A stretch of 36,589 nt of DNA from Eubacteriales bacterium. GTDB taxonomy: Bacteria; Bacillota; Clostridia; Oscillospirales; CAG-272. The stretch lies in assembly GCA_045646755.1 (NCBI GenBank), contig JAZRLJ010000012.1, positions 1 to 36,589 on the forward strand, read 5' to 3'. The notes beneath the pieces were generated by a model. It saw nothing but the letters and a program-made list of their open reading frames with translations, was not told where the DNA came from and made no database searches. Below are positions 14,946-21,950 of this stretch, in pieces (within the stretch, counting starts at the first letter, position 1; each line of letters starts with the position of its first letter). The translations under genes were made by a program, and so were the position numbers.

Positions 14946-15169
14946 ATCAAGCAAGGATGCGGATATGATCAGGTTAATTTGCAGCGGTACAGCGAAACGC
15001 AACGAGCACAACGCCAGCCCAACGCAAACGCACCCACAAGGTCGAAATTTCACGCACAAGCCACAATAATATAATTTATAGATAAATACCCATAATTATA
15101 AAAATCTTCTCAAAACGCAAATTTCAGCCTTATACAGTTATACTATAATATATTATATAATATAATAGC

Positions 15170-15197
15170 CGTTAACGTTTGACCGTCAACGGCTTAA
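15170..15197 (-). terminator. Hairpin terminator downstream of the 15204-15416 ORF
   Basis: AGCCGTTAACG-TTTGAC-CGTCAACGGCT forms an imperfect stem. It lies 6 nt after the stop, and the minus strand continues AT/T-rich. Confidence 0.55.
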
Positions 15198-15203
15198 ATT
15201 TAA

Positions 15204-15416
15204 TTAGGGATAAACAAAAGAATATGCGGGATTATCAAGACCTTGCTCGAGCATTGATACAATAGCCCTTCGACCGCCCTGAGGTATATATACATTTTTT
15301 CCGTCGAGGCTTAAAAAACCTTTATCATCCACATAAAGAGCAAAACCTTTTTTATATACTGCGTTGGGCTTTACAATGCTCCGTTTGTTCTTCATATTAA
15401 CAATGTGAGCCTTCAT
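15204..15416 (-). CDS. 70-aa hypothetical protein
   Basis: A strong AAGGAG SD lies 7 nt upstream of the ATG. Translation begins MKAHIVNMKNKRSIVKPNAVYKKGFALYVDDKGFLSLDGKNVYIPQGG... No family recognised. Confidence 0.7.
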   Translation of the reverse strand: MKAHIVNMKNKRSIVKPNAVYKKGFALYVDDKGFLSLDGKNVYIPQGGRRAIVSMLEQGLDNPAYSFVYP

Positions 15417-15445
15417 ATTTCCATCTCCTTAATATTAAATTATAC

Positions 15446-15474
15446 TTGACTATTTACCGCCGTTCTGATATAAT
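15446..15474 (+). promoter_or_regulatory. Sigma-A promoter for a short plus-strand RNA
   Basis: TTGACT (15446-15451), a 17-nt spacer ending in TGA, then TATAAT (15469-15474). Confidence 0.65.
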
Positions 15475-15480
15475 AATAAT

Positions 15481-15575
15481 CAACAGGTGGCTGCTATGCT
15501 GGTAGCGGTCATCCCTGCTCAATTTATAGTTGAAGAGAATGCCGCTTACTAACCGTTAGCGGTTATTTTCTTTTT
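15481..15575 (+). ncRNA. Candidate ~95-nt sRNA (type I antitoxin candidate) convergent with the toxin-like ORF
   Basis: Runs from the promoter to the hairpin at 15541-15563 and the T-rich tract TATTTTCTTTTT (15564-15575). Its 3' end overlaps the last codons and stop of the minus-strand 27-aa ORF. It also holds an 18-aa ORF (15496-15552, MLVAVIPAQFIVEENAAY) with an AGGTGG SD. Confidence 0.45.
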
Positions 15576-15646
15576 AAGCTTAAAATTAAAGCAACAACGC
15601 TTATAATAAGCTGAAGAAGCTGAAACAGTTCGTCATATGTAACCAT
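15563..15646 (-). CDS. 27-aa hydrophobic peptide, Hol-Tox-like type I toxin candidate
   Basis: A GGAGGTGG SD lies 6 nt upstream of ATG 15646. Translation: MVTYDELFQLLQLIISVVALILSLKRK, one TM helix with a basic C-terminus. It has its own consensus promoter. Confidence 0.6.
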   Translation of the reverse strand: MVTYDELFQLLQLIISVVALILSLKRK

Positions 15647-15703
15647 TTCGCACCACCTCCGCAAAGAAGTGGATAACCATAACCACCCATTGATTACGAT
15701 AAT

Positions 15704-15732
15704 ATTATACACCCATTAATCGTAATTGTCAA
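15704..15732 (-). promoter_or_regulatory. Consensus sigma-A promoter for the toxin-like peptide
   Basis: On the minus strand: TTGACA (15732-15727), a 17-nt spacer, then TATAAT (15709-15704). The inverted repeat ATTACGAT/ATCGTAAT (15693-15700/15719-15726) brackets it. Confidence 0.7.
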
Positions 15733-15896
15733 TAGATTAATGATGATTTCTCGTAAATAGCACCATTGTTTACAATTTAGAAACATTTATAACGCAATTA
15801 AGAGAGAAAGCACCCGAGGGGGATATGCGCCTATCGTCCGACCCGCAATAACCCCCGTCTCCTCCGAAAAAATAAAAAGAAATTTTACGAAAACAC

Positions 15897-15925
15897 TTGA
15901 CAATTTATCGTAAAGGATATATAAT
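15897..15925 (+). promoter_or_regulatory. Consensus sigma-A promoter for the recombinase operon
   Basis: TTGACA (15897-15902), a 17-nt spacer, then TATAAT (15920-15925). Confidence 0.7.
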
Positions 15926-15958
15926 GGTGGTACAGACAAAAAGCAGAGAGGTAGAAAA

Positions 15959-16705
15959 ATGAACGTAATAGGATATATCAGAGTATCGACAGACGGTCAA
16001 TGCGGAGAAGATAAGTTTGGAATGGAAGTACAGAGGGAGCAGATCGAGGCGTACTGCAATAAAAATGATATGACCATCACGAAATGGTACACAGACGAAG
16101 GAGAGTCCGGGGCAAAGCAGAGACCGGGATTTGATGAGATCGTATACGGCGAGGTAGACAATCCACCGTATGAGGCTGTGGTTGTAGCAAAGAGCGACAG
16201 AGTAGCAAGAGACATCAATGTATACTATTACTACAAAATGCTCTTGAACAAGAAGGATATAAAACTCATATCGATAGCAGAGGATTTTGGGCAGTTTGGT
16301 GTGTTTGCGAATATGCTTGAGGCGTTCACCCTTTGTGTAGCCGAAATGGAAAGAGACAACATAACCAAAAGAACAAGTGGCGGCAGAAAGATAAAAGCTG
16401 CAAAAGGCGGCTATAGTGGAGGTAGACCTCCATATGGTTATGCTGCTCAAAACGGCACGTTATCAATAATTCCCCACGAAGCAGAAATTGTAAGATTTGT
16501 TATAAAGTCAAAAGACGAGGGGAAAACGTTTCAATCGATTTGCGATTCGTTGAACGCATCAGGCAAAACCAACAGAAGTGGCACAAAGTTCAGCATTAGT
16601 ACATTGCAGGTTATAATAGATAACAAACCGCTGTATCAAGGAATGTATAAATATGGCAAGGATAGCAAATGGGTAAAAGGTTTGCATAAACCTATCCTTG
16701 AATAA
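15959..16705 (+). CDS. Serine recombinase: resolvase catalytic domain plus a 'recombinase' domain, lacking the zinc-ribbon and coiled-coil
   Basis: MNVIGYIRVSTDGQ carries the catalytic Ser. Other motifs are DEGESG, KSDRVARD and AEMERDNITKRT. GGRPPYGY...EAEIVRFV...LNASG follows, and the ORF stops right after HKPILE, where large serine recombinases normally continue. Confidence 0.85.
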   Translation: MNVIGYIRVSTDGQCGEDKFGMEVQREQIEAYCNKNDMTITKWYTDEGESGAKQRPGFDEIVYGEVDNPPYEAVVVAKSDRVARDINVYYYYKMLLNKKDIKLISIAEDFGQFGVFANMLEAFTLCVAEMERDNITKRTSGGRKIKAAKGGYSGGRPPYGYAAQNGTLSIIPHEAEIVRFVIKSKDEGKTFQSICDSLNASGKTNRSGTKFSISTLQVIIDNKPLYQGMYKYGKDSKWVKGLHKPILE

Positions 16706-16744
16706 CCAACTCCAAAAAATTCTAAAAAACAAAAAGGCGGTCAA

Positions 16745-16819
16745 ATGACCGTAAGCGAATGTTGTGTTGAATTGGGAATAAGCAGGGCTACGTGGTATAA
16801 TGCAGTTGCGAATATGTAA
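16745..16819 (+). CDS. 24-aa HTH-like mini-ORF (possible recombinase or transposase HTH remnant)
   Basis: MTVSECCVELGISRATWYNAVANM. The segment ELGISRATWYNAV looks like a resolvase/HTH_7-type recognition helix. The SD (AAGGCGG) is weak. Confidence 0.35.
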   Translation: MTVSECCVELGISRATWYNAVANM

Positions 16820-16828
16820 GAGGTTAAA

Positions 16829-17146
16829 ATGAATAACTTCAAAATAATATATAAGATATTAAAGCACCTTGAGGCATCACTCGATTATGAAGAAGTGGAT
16901 CTCGCACAGATAACGGCAGAACAGTTAGGCATATCAGAGGTGCGGTGGGAGCAGCTTCTCATAATGCTTTACGAAGAGGGATATATAAGCGGTATTGCGG
17001 TTTCAAAAAGCTTGTCAACCGACAGAAAACAAATATGCAGACCGATACGTCCAAACATAACGCTTAAAGGGCTTGAATATTTAGAAGAAAACTCGGTTAT
17101 GAAGAAGACAGAGAAAATAATCAGAGGCATTTCGGAGATATTATAA
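16829..17146 (+). CDS. YjcQ-family (winged-helix, phage-associated) protein
   Basis: MNNFKIIYKILKHLE...YEEGYISGIAVS...ITLKGLEYLEENSVMKK matches the recalled YjcQ family pattern. Confidence 0.7.
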   Translation: MNNFKIIYKILKHLEASLDYEEVDLAQITAEQLGISEVRWEQLLIMLYEEGYISGIAVSKSLSTDRKQICRPIRPNITLKGLEYLEENSVMKKTEKIIRGISEIL

Positions 17147-17206
17147 AGCGCAAGATACAATTTAATACGGCACTACGGATAGTATGAGTAGTGTAACAGC
17201 CAAAGC

Positions 17207-17256
17207 AAGGGCTATCACATCGTTTCAAAAGAGACGGTGCGGTAGTCCTTTTTTTG
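17207..17256 (+). terminator. Rho-independent terminator at the end of the island, just upstream of terL
   Basis: A ~14-bp imperfect stem (17209-17222/17235-17248) is followed by a T7 run (17249-17255). Confidence 0.7.
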
Positions 17257-17320
17257 TTTGCTTTGGGGCAGAGAGAATTTATTACATCACGAATTGAAAA
17301 GAGAGGAGCTGAACAGCTTG

Positions 17321-18937
17321 ATGAATACAGAATTATTAAACGCTATGAAAATGTTTGAGGAAGCAGGCAAATACGCAAAAGCGCTTGAGTGTTTGGCAAG
17401 GCTTTATGAAGAAGATAAGGAGTCAGCAATAAAGTTCGTGGCACCGTTCAGGCAGAAGCTGACGGACTTAGTGGCATCGGGGCAAGACGTGCGAAACAAT
17501 TACGGAACGCTCAAGAAAACCTATTTGCTTACGGCACAAGACATACTTGATGATTTTCTTATCTACATCGAATGGGAGCGAGATTCAGACAAGAAATTTT
17601 ATCTACCGAGACGAAAGCAGCTAAAGGTGGTAGTTGATGCATTGCAGGATCTTGCAGATGATAAACTTGACTTGCTTACTATCAGTATGCCTCCCGGTGT
17701 TGGTAAATCTGCGACGGCGATATTTGCTCTTGCGTGGTTTGGAGGAAGAAAGCCGAACGAGTCCATACTTGGCGGCTCGCACAACACAGCTTTTCTGCGT
17801 GGTGTATACGACGAATTGAACAGAATACTGCAAGAAGACGGAGAGTATTTGTGGCGTGAGGTTTTTCCTGCTGTTCCGGTAGTAAGAACAAACGCTCAAG
17901 ATATGCTTATTGACCTTGACAAATCAAAGCGTTTTACGACATTTGAATTTACCTCGATCGGAGCAGGCAACGCAGGTAAAGTAAGAGCGACGCAGTTGTT
18001 ATACTGCGATGACCTATGCTCAGGAATAGAAGAGGCAATGTCAAAAGACAGACTTGACACTTTGTGGACGAAATACACGACGGACTTGAAGCAGCGTAAG
18101 ATGGGTAAATGCAAAGAGCTTCACATTGCGACGAGATGGTCGGTACATGATGTAATAGGACGACTTGAGAGAGAACACGCAGGAGACCCACGAGCAAGGT
18201 TTATTGCCATTCCTGCGATAAACGAAGAGGGACAGAGTAACTTCAATTACGCAGGCGGTGTCGGATTCGATACAAAGTTCTTTGAAGAGATGAAAAACAG
18301 CCTTGATGATGTATCTTGGCGAGCATTGTATATGAATCAGCCTATCGAACGTGAAGGGTTACTCTACGATTCAGAAACGCTCCGAAGATTTTACAGATTG
18401 CCTGAAGGAGATCCCGATGCAATACTGTCAATATGCGATACGGCGGAGGGCGGAGGAGACGATACTTTTCTCCCGGTATTTGCAGTTTACGGAAACGACC
18501 ATTATTGCATAGACTGTGTGTGCTCTGATTCGTTACCTGAAGTGACTGACGCTATGTGTGCGGAAATTTTATTAAAGCATAAGGTAAAAATGTGTCAGTT
18601 CGAGTCAAATGCAGCCGGAGGAAGAACCGCAGACAAGATTGAAGACATGGTAAAGAGCAAGGGCGGACACACGCACATAACAAAAAAGCGAACCACCACG
18701 AATAAGGAAACAAAAATTATCGTGAATAGTCCGTTTATCAAGGAAAATGTGCTGTTTCTTGACGAAAAATCAATTGAAAAAGGGTCAATGTATGCCAAAA
18801 TGATGCGGAATTTGTGTTCTTATACTGTTTCGGGCAAAAATAAGCACGACGACGTGCCCGACGGCTTTGCACAGTATGCTCTATTTGTGCAGAATCTCGG
18901 AGCAAACACGGTTCAAATAGTAAAAAGACCGTTTTAA
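17321..18937 (+). CDS. terL: Terminase large subunit
   Basis: Walker A-like SMPPGVGKSATA, Walker B LLYCDDL and a C-terminal nuclease motif KHDDVPDGFAQ. I prefer ATG 17321 downstream of GAGAGGAG over the track start 17258, which lies right after the terminator. Confidence 0.88.
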   Translation: MNTELLNAMKMFEEAGKYAKALECLARLYEEDKESAIKFVAPFRQKLTDLVASGQDVRNNYGTLKKTYLLTAQDILDDFLIYIEWERDSDKKFYLPRRKQLKVVVDALQDLADDKLDLLTISMPPGVGKSATAIFALAWFGGRKPNESILGGSHNTAFLRGVYDELNRILQEDGEYLWREVFPAVPVVRTNAQDMLIDLDKSKRFTTFEFTSIGAGNAGKVRATQLLYCDDLCSGIEEAMSKDRLDTLWTKYTTDLKQRKMGKCKELHIATRWSVHDVIGRLEREHAGDPRARFIAIPAINEEGQSNFNYAGGVGFDTKFFEEMKNSLDDVSWRALYMNQPIEREGLLYDSETLRRFYRLPEGDPDAILSICDTAEGGGDDTFLPVFAVYGNDHYCIDCVCSDSLPEVTDAMCAEILLKHKVKMCQFESNAAGGRTADKIEDMVKSKGGHTHITKKRTTTNKETKIIVNSPFIKENVLFLDEKSIEKGSMYAKMMRNLCSYTVSGKNKHDDVPDGFAQYALFVQNLGANTVQIVKRPF

Positions 18938-18943
18938 TAAAAA

Positions 18944-18976
18944 CAGAAAAAGAAGGCGAAATGCCTTCTTTTTCTG
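18944..18976. terminator. Perfect 14-bp hairpin after terL
   Basis: CAGAAAAAGAAGGC-GAAAT-GCCTTCTTTTTCTG. The 3' arm is itself T-rich. Confidence 0.6.
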
Positions 18977-19142
18977 CCGTCAAAATTTTATTTAAGAAAG
19001 GAGGTAAAAAAACAAAAAACCCATGCCAAGAACAATGGTGTATGTGAAAGGATGTTTTATGTACAAGTATATTATACCACAACATATTGTGGTCAGTCAA
19101 GGGATGTTTGTATAGATTTTCTATATTTTGTGTTTTTTGCAG

Positions 19143-19171
19143 TTGACAATTATAATTCAAAGATATATTAT
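19143..19171 (+). promoter_or_regulatory. Promoter for the metallophosphoesterase gene
   Basis: TTGACA (19143-19148), a 17-nt spacer, then TATTAT (19166-19171). Confidence 0.55.
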
Positions 19172-19210
19172 ATACTTGAAGAGAACGAACGTTTGATAGT
19201 TGGTGATGAT

Positions 19211-19990
19211 ATGTTAAGCTTTTGGCAACCGATAATATTTCACACTCCATACGAACACGAAAACATAGAAATATACGCCTGCTCAGACCAGCACTCAGGT
19301 TCTTGTGATTTTGTCCCTAAACGATGGGATAATTTTGCAAAGCTTCTTGAAAAAGACAACGCTTATGTTATATTTGCAGGCGATCAGATGGAAAACGCCA
19401 CGAAAACGAGCAAAAGCAACTCATACACTCAGGCAATGAGACCGTCAGAGCAGAAGGTATGGTGGATAGACCATCTCAAGCCATATAAAGACAAGATAAT
19501 TTGCATCGTAGACGGAAACCACGAATACAACCGCACGACAAGAGAGGTTGATATGTATCCGCTTTACGATATAGCTTGTGCTCTTGGGATTGAAGAACGG
19601 TATAGATCAGAAGCAGCGTTTGTTGATATTGGTGTGGGCAAGAGAGATAATAAAAGCACACCGAGGCAGTTCCAATACGTTGGATATGTAGTCCACAAAG
19701 CACACAACATCGTAAACTACGGAACGGCTGACGCAATAGAAAATATAGATTTTTTAATATCGGGGCATACGCACAAACCCAACGATAAGCCACTTGGTAA
19801 AATTGGTTTTGATGCAACAAATAAAGTTGTTTATGAACGCACAGTTGAAAACATAGTGTGCGGAAGTTATTTAAGATACGCTGATTATGCAATTCGCAAC
19901 GGAATGAGGCCTTGTTCATCGAAGCAGTACAAGCTCATTCTCGACGGAAAGAAAAAAAGCATAGAAACAGTCGGCTTTCACTTGAATTAG
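19211..19990 (+). CDS. Calcineurin-like metallophosphoesterase
   Basis: The ordered motifs are ACSDQHSG (DxH), FAGDQME (GD), VDGNHEY (GNHE) and ISGHTHKP (GHxH). I prefer ATG 19211 (MLSFWQPIIF...) over the track start 19052, which precedes the promoter. Confidence 0.8.
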   Translation: MLSFWQPIIFHTPYEHENIEIYACSDQHSGSCDFVPKRWDNFAKLLEKDNAYVIFAGDQMENATKTSKSNSYTQAMRPSEQKVWWIDHLKPYKDKIICIVDGNHEYNRTTREVDMYPLYDIACALGIEERYRSEAAFVDIGVGKRDNKSTPRQFQYVGYVVHKAHNIVNYGTADAIENIDFLISGHTHKPNDKPLGKIGFDATNKVVYERTVENIVCGSYLRYADYAIRNGMRPCSSKQYKLILDGKKKSIETVGFHLN

Positions 19991-20086
19991 AAAAAATAAG
20001 GACATTGTGGGTATATCTGTTGTGCTATATAGCAAGGGGCGGGTGCGATACAACAGAACGAATACACAAAGACAAGGGGTGATATT

Positions 20087-21610
20087 ATGAGCGAAGTTCT
20101 TGCAGAGATGGTTTCGGGAAGCAACGTTACTACGAGTAATGCTATAACAAGCTATGAATTATTCGGAAGACGCAAAATATACACTCCCACAGAAGAGATA
20201 ACGGAAGAAAATGTACTTGAAGAGGTAAACACAGCGCTTACAGTTCATGTCTTGAACATGATGGAGATGGAATTTCTCTACTGGTACAGAAGAGGTCTAC
20301 AGCCTATACTTAACAGAAAGAAGGAAGTAAGACCCGAAATTAAGAATACCATAGTTGAAAACCACGCTGACGAAATCGTTTCCTTTAAAAACGGATATTT
20401 TCTGACACAGCCTGCTTTTTATATCAGCAGAAAAGATGGAGACGATAATACCGAAAAAGTAAAACAGCTTAACGAGTATCTTTATCGAAGCGGAAAACAG
20501 CAGGCAGACAATCAGCTCGTAGATTGGTTTCATACAGTAGGAAAGGCGGACCTTTTTGTCGAGCCTACCAATGATGAGGATACGCCGGTAAGAGCATATG
20601 CGTTAGATCCTCGTTCGGCGTTTGTGGTTTACAGCTTAAGACCGGGCAACAGACCGAAATTTTGCGTTAATATGGTGATAAATAATGATAACAAGGTTTT
20701 GTTTGATGTTATCACCGAACAGGCAGTATATCGCTTATCAGGTGGTATAACAGGCAGAATAATGACGGATACGCCTATAGTCGCAACGGCAATAAACCTC
20801 GATTCGATAGAGCCAAATCCGCTCAAAAAGTTGCCGATAATCGAATATTATTATAACTCGGTAAATATGGGAGCGTTTGAGGCAGTTGTTCCGCTTCTTG
20901 ACGCACTTAACAACATTATGTCAAACAGAGCGGACGGCATAGAGCAGTTTATTCAGAGCCTTGCAGTAGCTACAAACTGTCAGTTTGAAGAAGGAACGAC
21001 CGCTAACAGCATACGTCAAGCCGGTATGATAGTCCTTCGTTCAATAGGCGAGAATAAAGCGGACTTCAAGATACTTTCGGAACAGCTTGATCAGGGACAA
21101 ACTCAAGTTCTTGTTGACTACATATACGAAAAGGTACTGTCTATCGTAGGAATGCCGTCTACAACAAAGGGTGGAGCGAGCACATCCGATACAGGAGCAG
21201 CCGTTCTTGCTCGTGACGGATGGTATCAGGCAGATACAGTAGCAAGAAACACCGAGGATATTTTCAAAGAATCAAACAGATATTTTGACGAAGTATTTAT
21301 TGAAATACTTAAGCGTAAAACAGGGCTTAATATCAACATATCCGATTTTGAGCTTCAGTTTATAAGAAACGAGACAGCAAACGTTCTTGCAAAGGCTCAA
21401 GCAGCAACAACAATGCTTGCAGCTGGATTTGCACCTGCTCTTGCTTTTGGAAAGTCTGGTGTATCTAACGATCCCGTACAGGACGTAGCTCTGTCCGAAA
21501 AATATCTTAAGATGATATGGGGAGATCCCGACAAACCCAATTCGCAAGGAACGGAAAATGTTGAGCTTGTCGAGGAAACGAGAACAGACGACACGTCAGG
21601 TTCGATATAA
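20087..21610 (+). CDS. Portal protein (SPP1 gp6-like)
   Basis: 507 aa with a GGGGTG SD. Size and position upstream of scaffold and capsid fit a portal. The N-terminal YWYRRGLQPILNRKK...ENHADEIVSFKNGYF recalls SPP1-family portals. Confidence 0.8.
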   Translation: MSEVLAEMVSGSNVTTSNAITSYELFGRRKIYTPTEEITEENVLEEVNTALTVHVLNMMEMEFLYWYRRGLQPILNRKKEVRPEIKNTIVENHADEIVSFKNGYFLTQPAFYISRKDGDDNTEKVKQLNEYLYRSGKQQADNQLVDWFHTVGKADLFVEPTNDEDTPVRAYALDPRSAFVVYSLRPGNRPKFCVNMVINNDNKVLFDVITEQAVYRLSGGITGRIMTDTPIVATAINLDSIEPNPLKKLPIIEYYYNSVNMGAFEAVVPLLDALNNIMSNRADGIEQFIQSLAVATNCQFEEGTTANSIRQAGMIVLRSIGENKADFKILSEQLDQGQTQVLVDYIYEKVLSIVGMPSTTKGGASTSDTGAAVLARDGWYQADTVARNTEDIFKESNRYFDEVFIEILKRKTGLNINISDFELQFIRNETANVLAKAQAATTMLAAGFAPALAFGKSGVSNDPVQDVALSEKYLKMIWGDPDKPNSQGTENVELVEETRTDDTSGSI

Positions 21611-21624
21611 GGGGTGATAAAGCC

Positions 21625-21789
21625 TTGATTGATATAAGAAATAATCCGCTAATACTCGAAGCTATCAATGCGATCTTGAATAATAAAGGAATTGCAGAGA
21701 TAAAGAGTGAGAAAAACGGGCTATGCGTCGTTGAAATAAAGCGAACGCTAAAAACACAAAAAAATACAGATGGTAACGGCGAAAAGTAG
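21625..21789 (+). CDS. 54-aa hypothetical protein after the portal
   Basis: TTG start 8 nt after GGGGTG. Translation begins LIDIRNNPLILEAINAILNNKGIAEIKSEKNGLCVVEIKRT... Confidence 0.4.
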   Translation: MIDIRNNPLILEAINAILNNKGIAEIKSEKNGLCVVEIKRTLKTQKNTDGNGEK

Positions 21790-21811
21790 GAGCCGTGGAG
21801 AAGGTCAAAGT

Positions 21812-21846
21812 ATGGACTTGCAGAAATGCAGGTCCATTTTTGTTTT
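21812..21846 (+). terminator. Rho-independent terminator
   Basis: ATGGACTTGCA-GAAA-TGCAGGTCCAT followed by TTTTTGTTTT. Confidence 0.7.
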
Positions 21847-21848
21847 GT

Positions 21849-21940
21849 GCAGAGAAGCACGTTAAAAAACCCATATAAAACAGACAGAGAAGTCTATAAT
21901 CCCAAAAATAAAAGGCAGAGAAGCCTAAAAAACCCAAAGG
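21849..21940 (+). repeat. Three ~33-bp direct repeats upstream of the scaffold gene
   Basis: GCAGAGAAGC..TAAAAAACCCA starts at 21849, GACAGAGAAGTCTATAATCCCA at 21883 and GCAGAGAAGCCTAAAAAACCCA at 21915. The last copy runs into the SD. Confidence 0.7.
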
Positions 21941-21950
21941 AGAATATAAC

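Noticed and set aside
14757-15074. Three overlapping ORFs of 60-102 aa in different frames and strands after terS.
   Set aside because: They are open only because the region is T-poor and low-complexity, including a 53-nt T-free tract. They have no SD and are mutually exclusive. I treat the region as non-coding.
14876-17267. Direct repeats TTTGCTTT(TTA)GGG / TTTGCTTTGGGG as att-like borders of the terS-terL island.
   Set aside because: An 8-11-nt T-rich match in AT-rich DNA is expected by chance. The right copy is also part of a terminator T-tract. I kept it only as a note inside the island finding.
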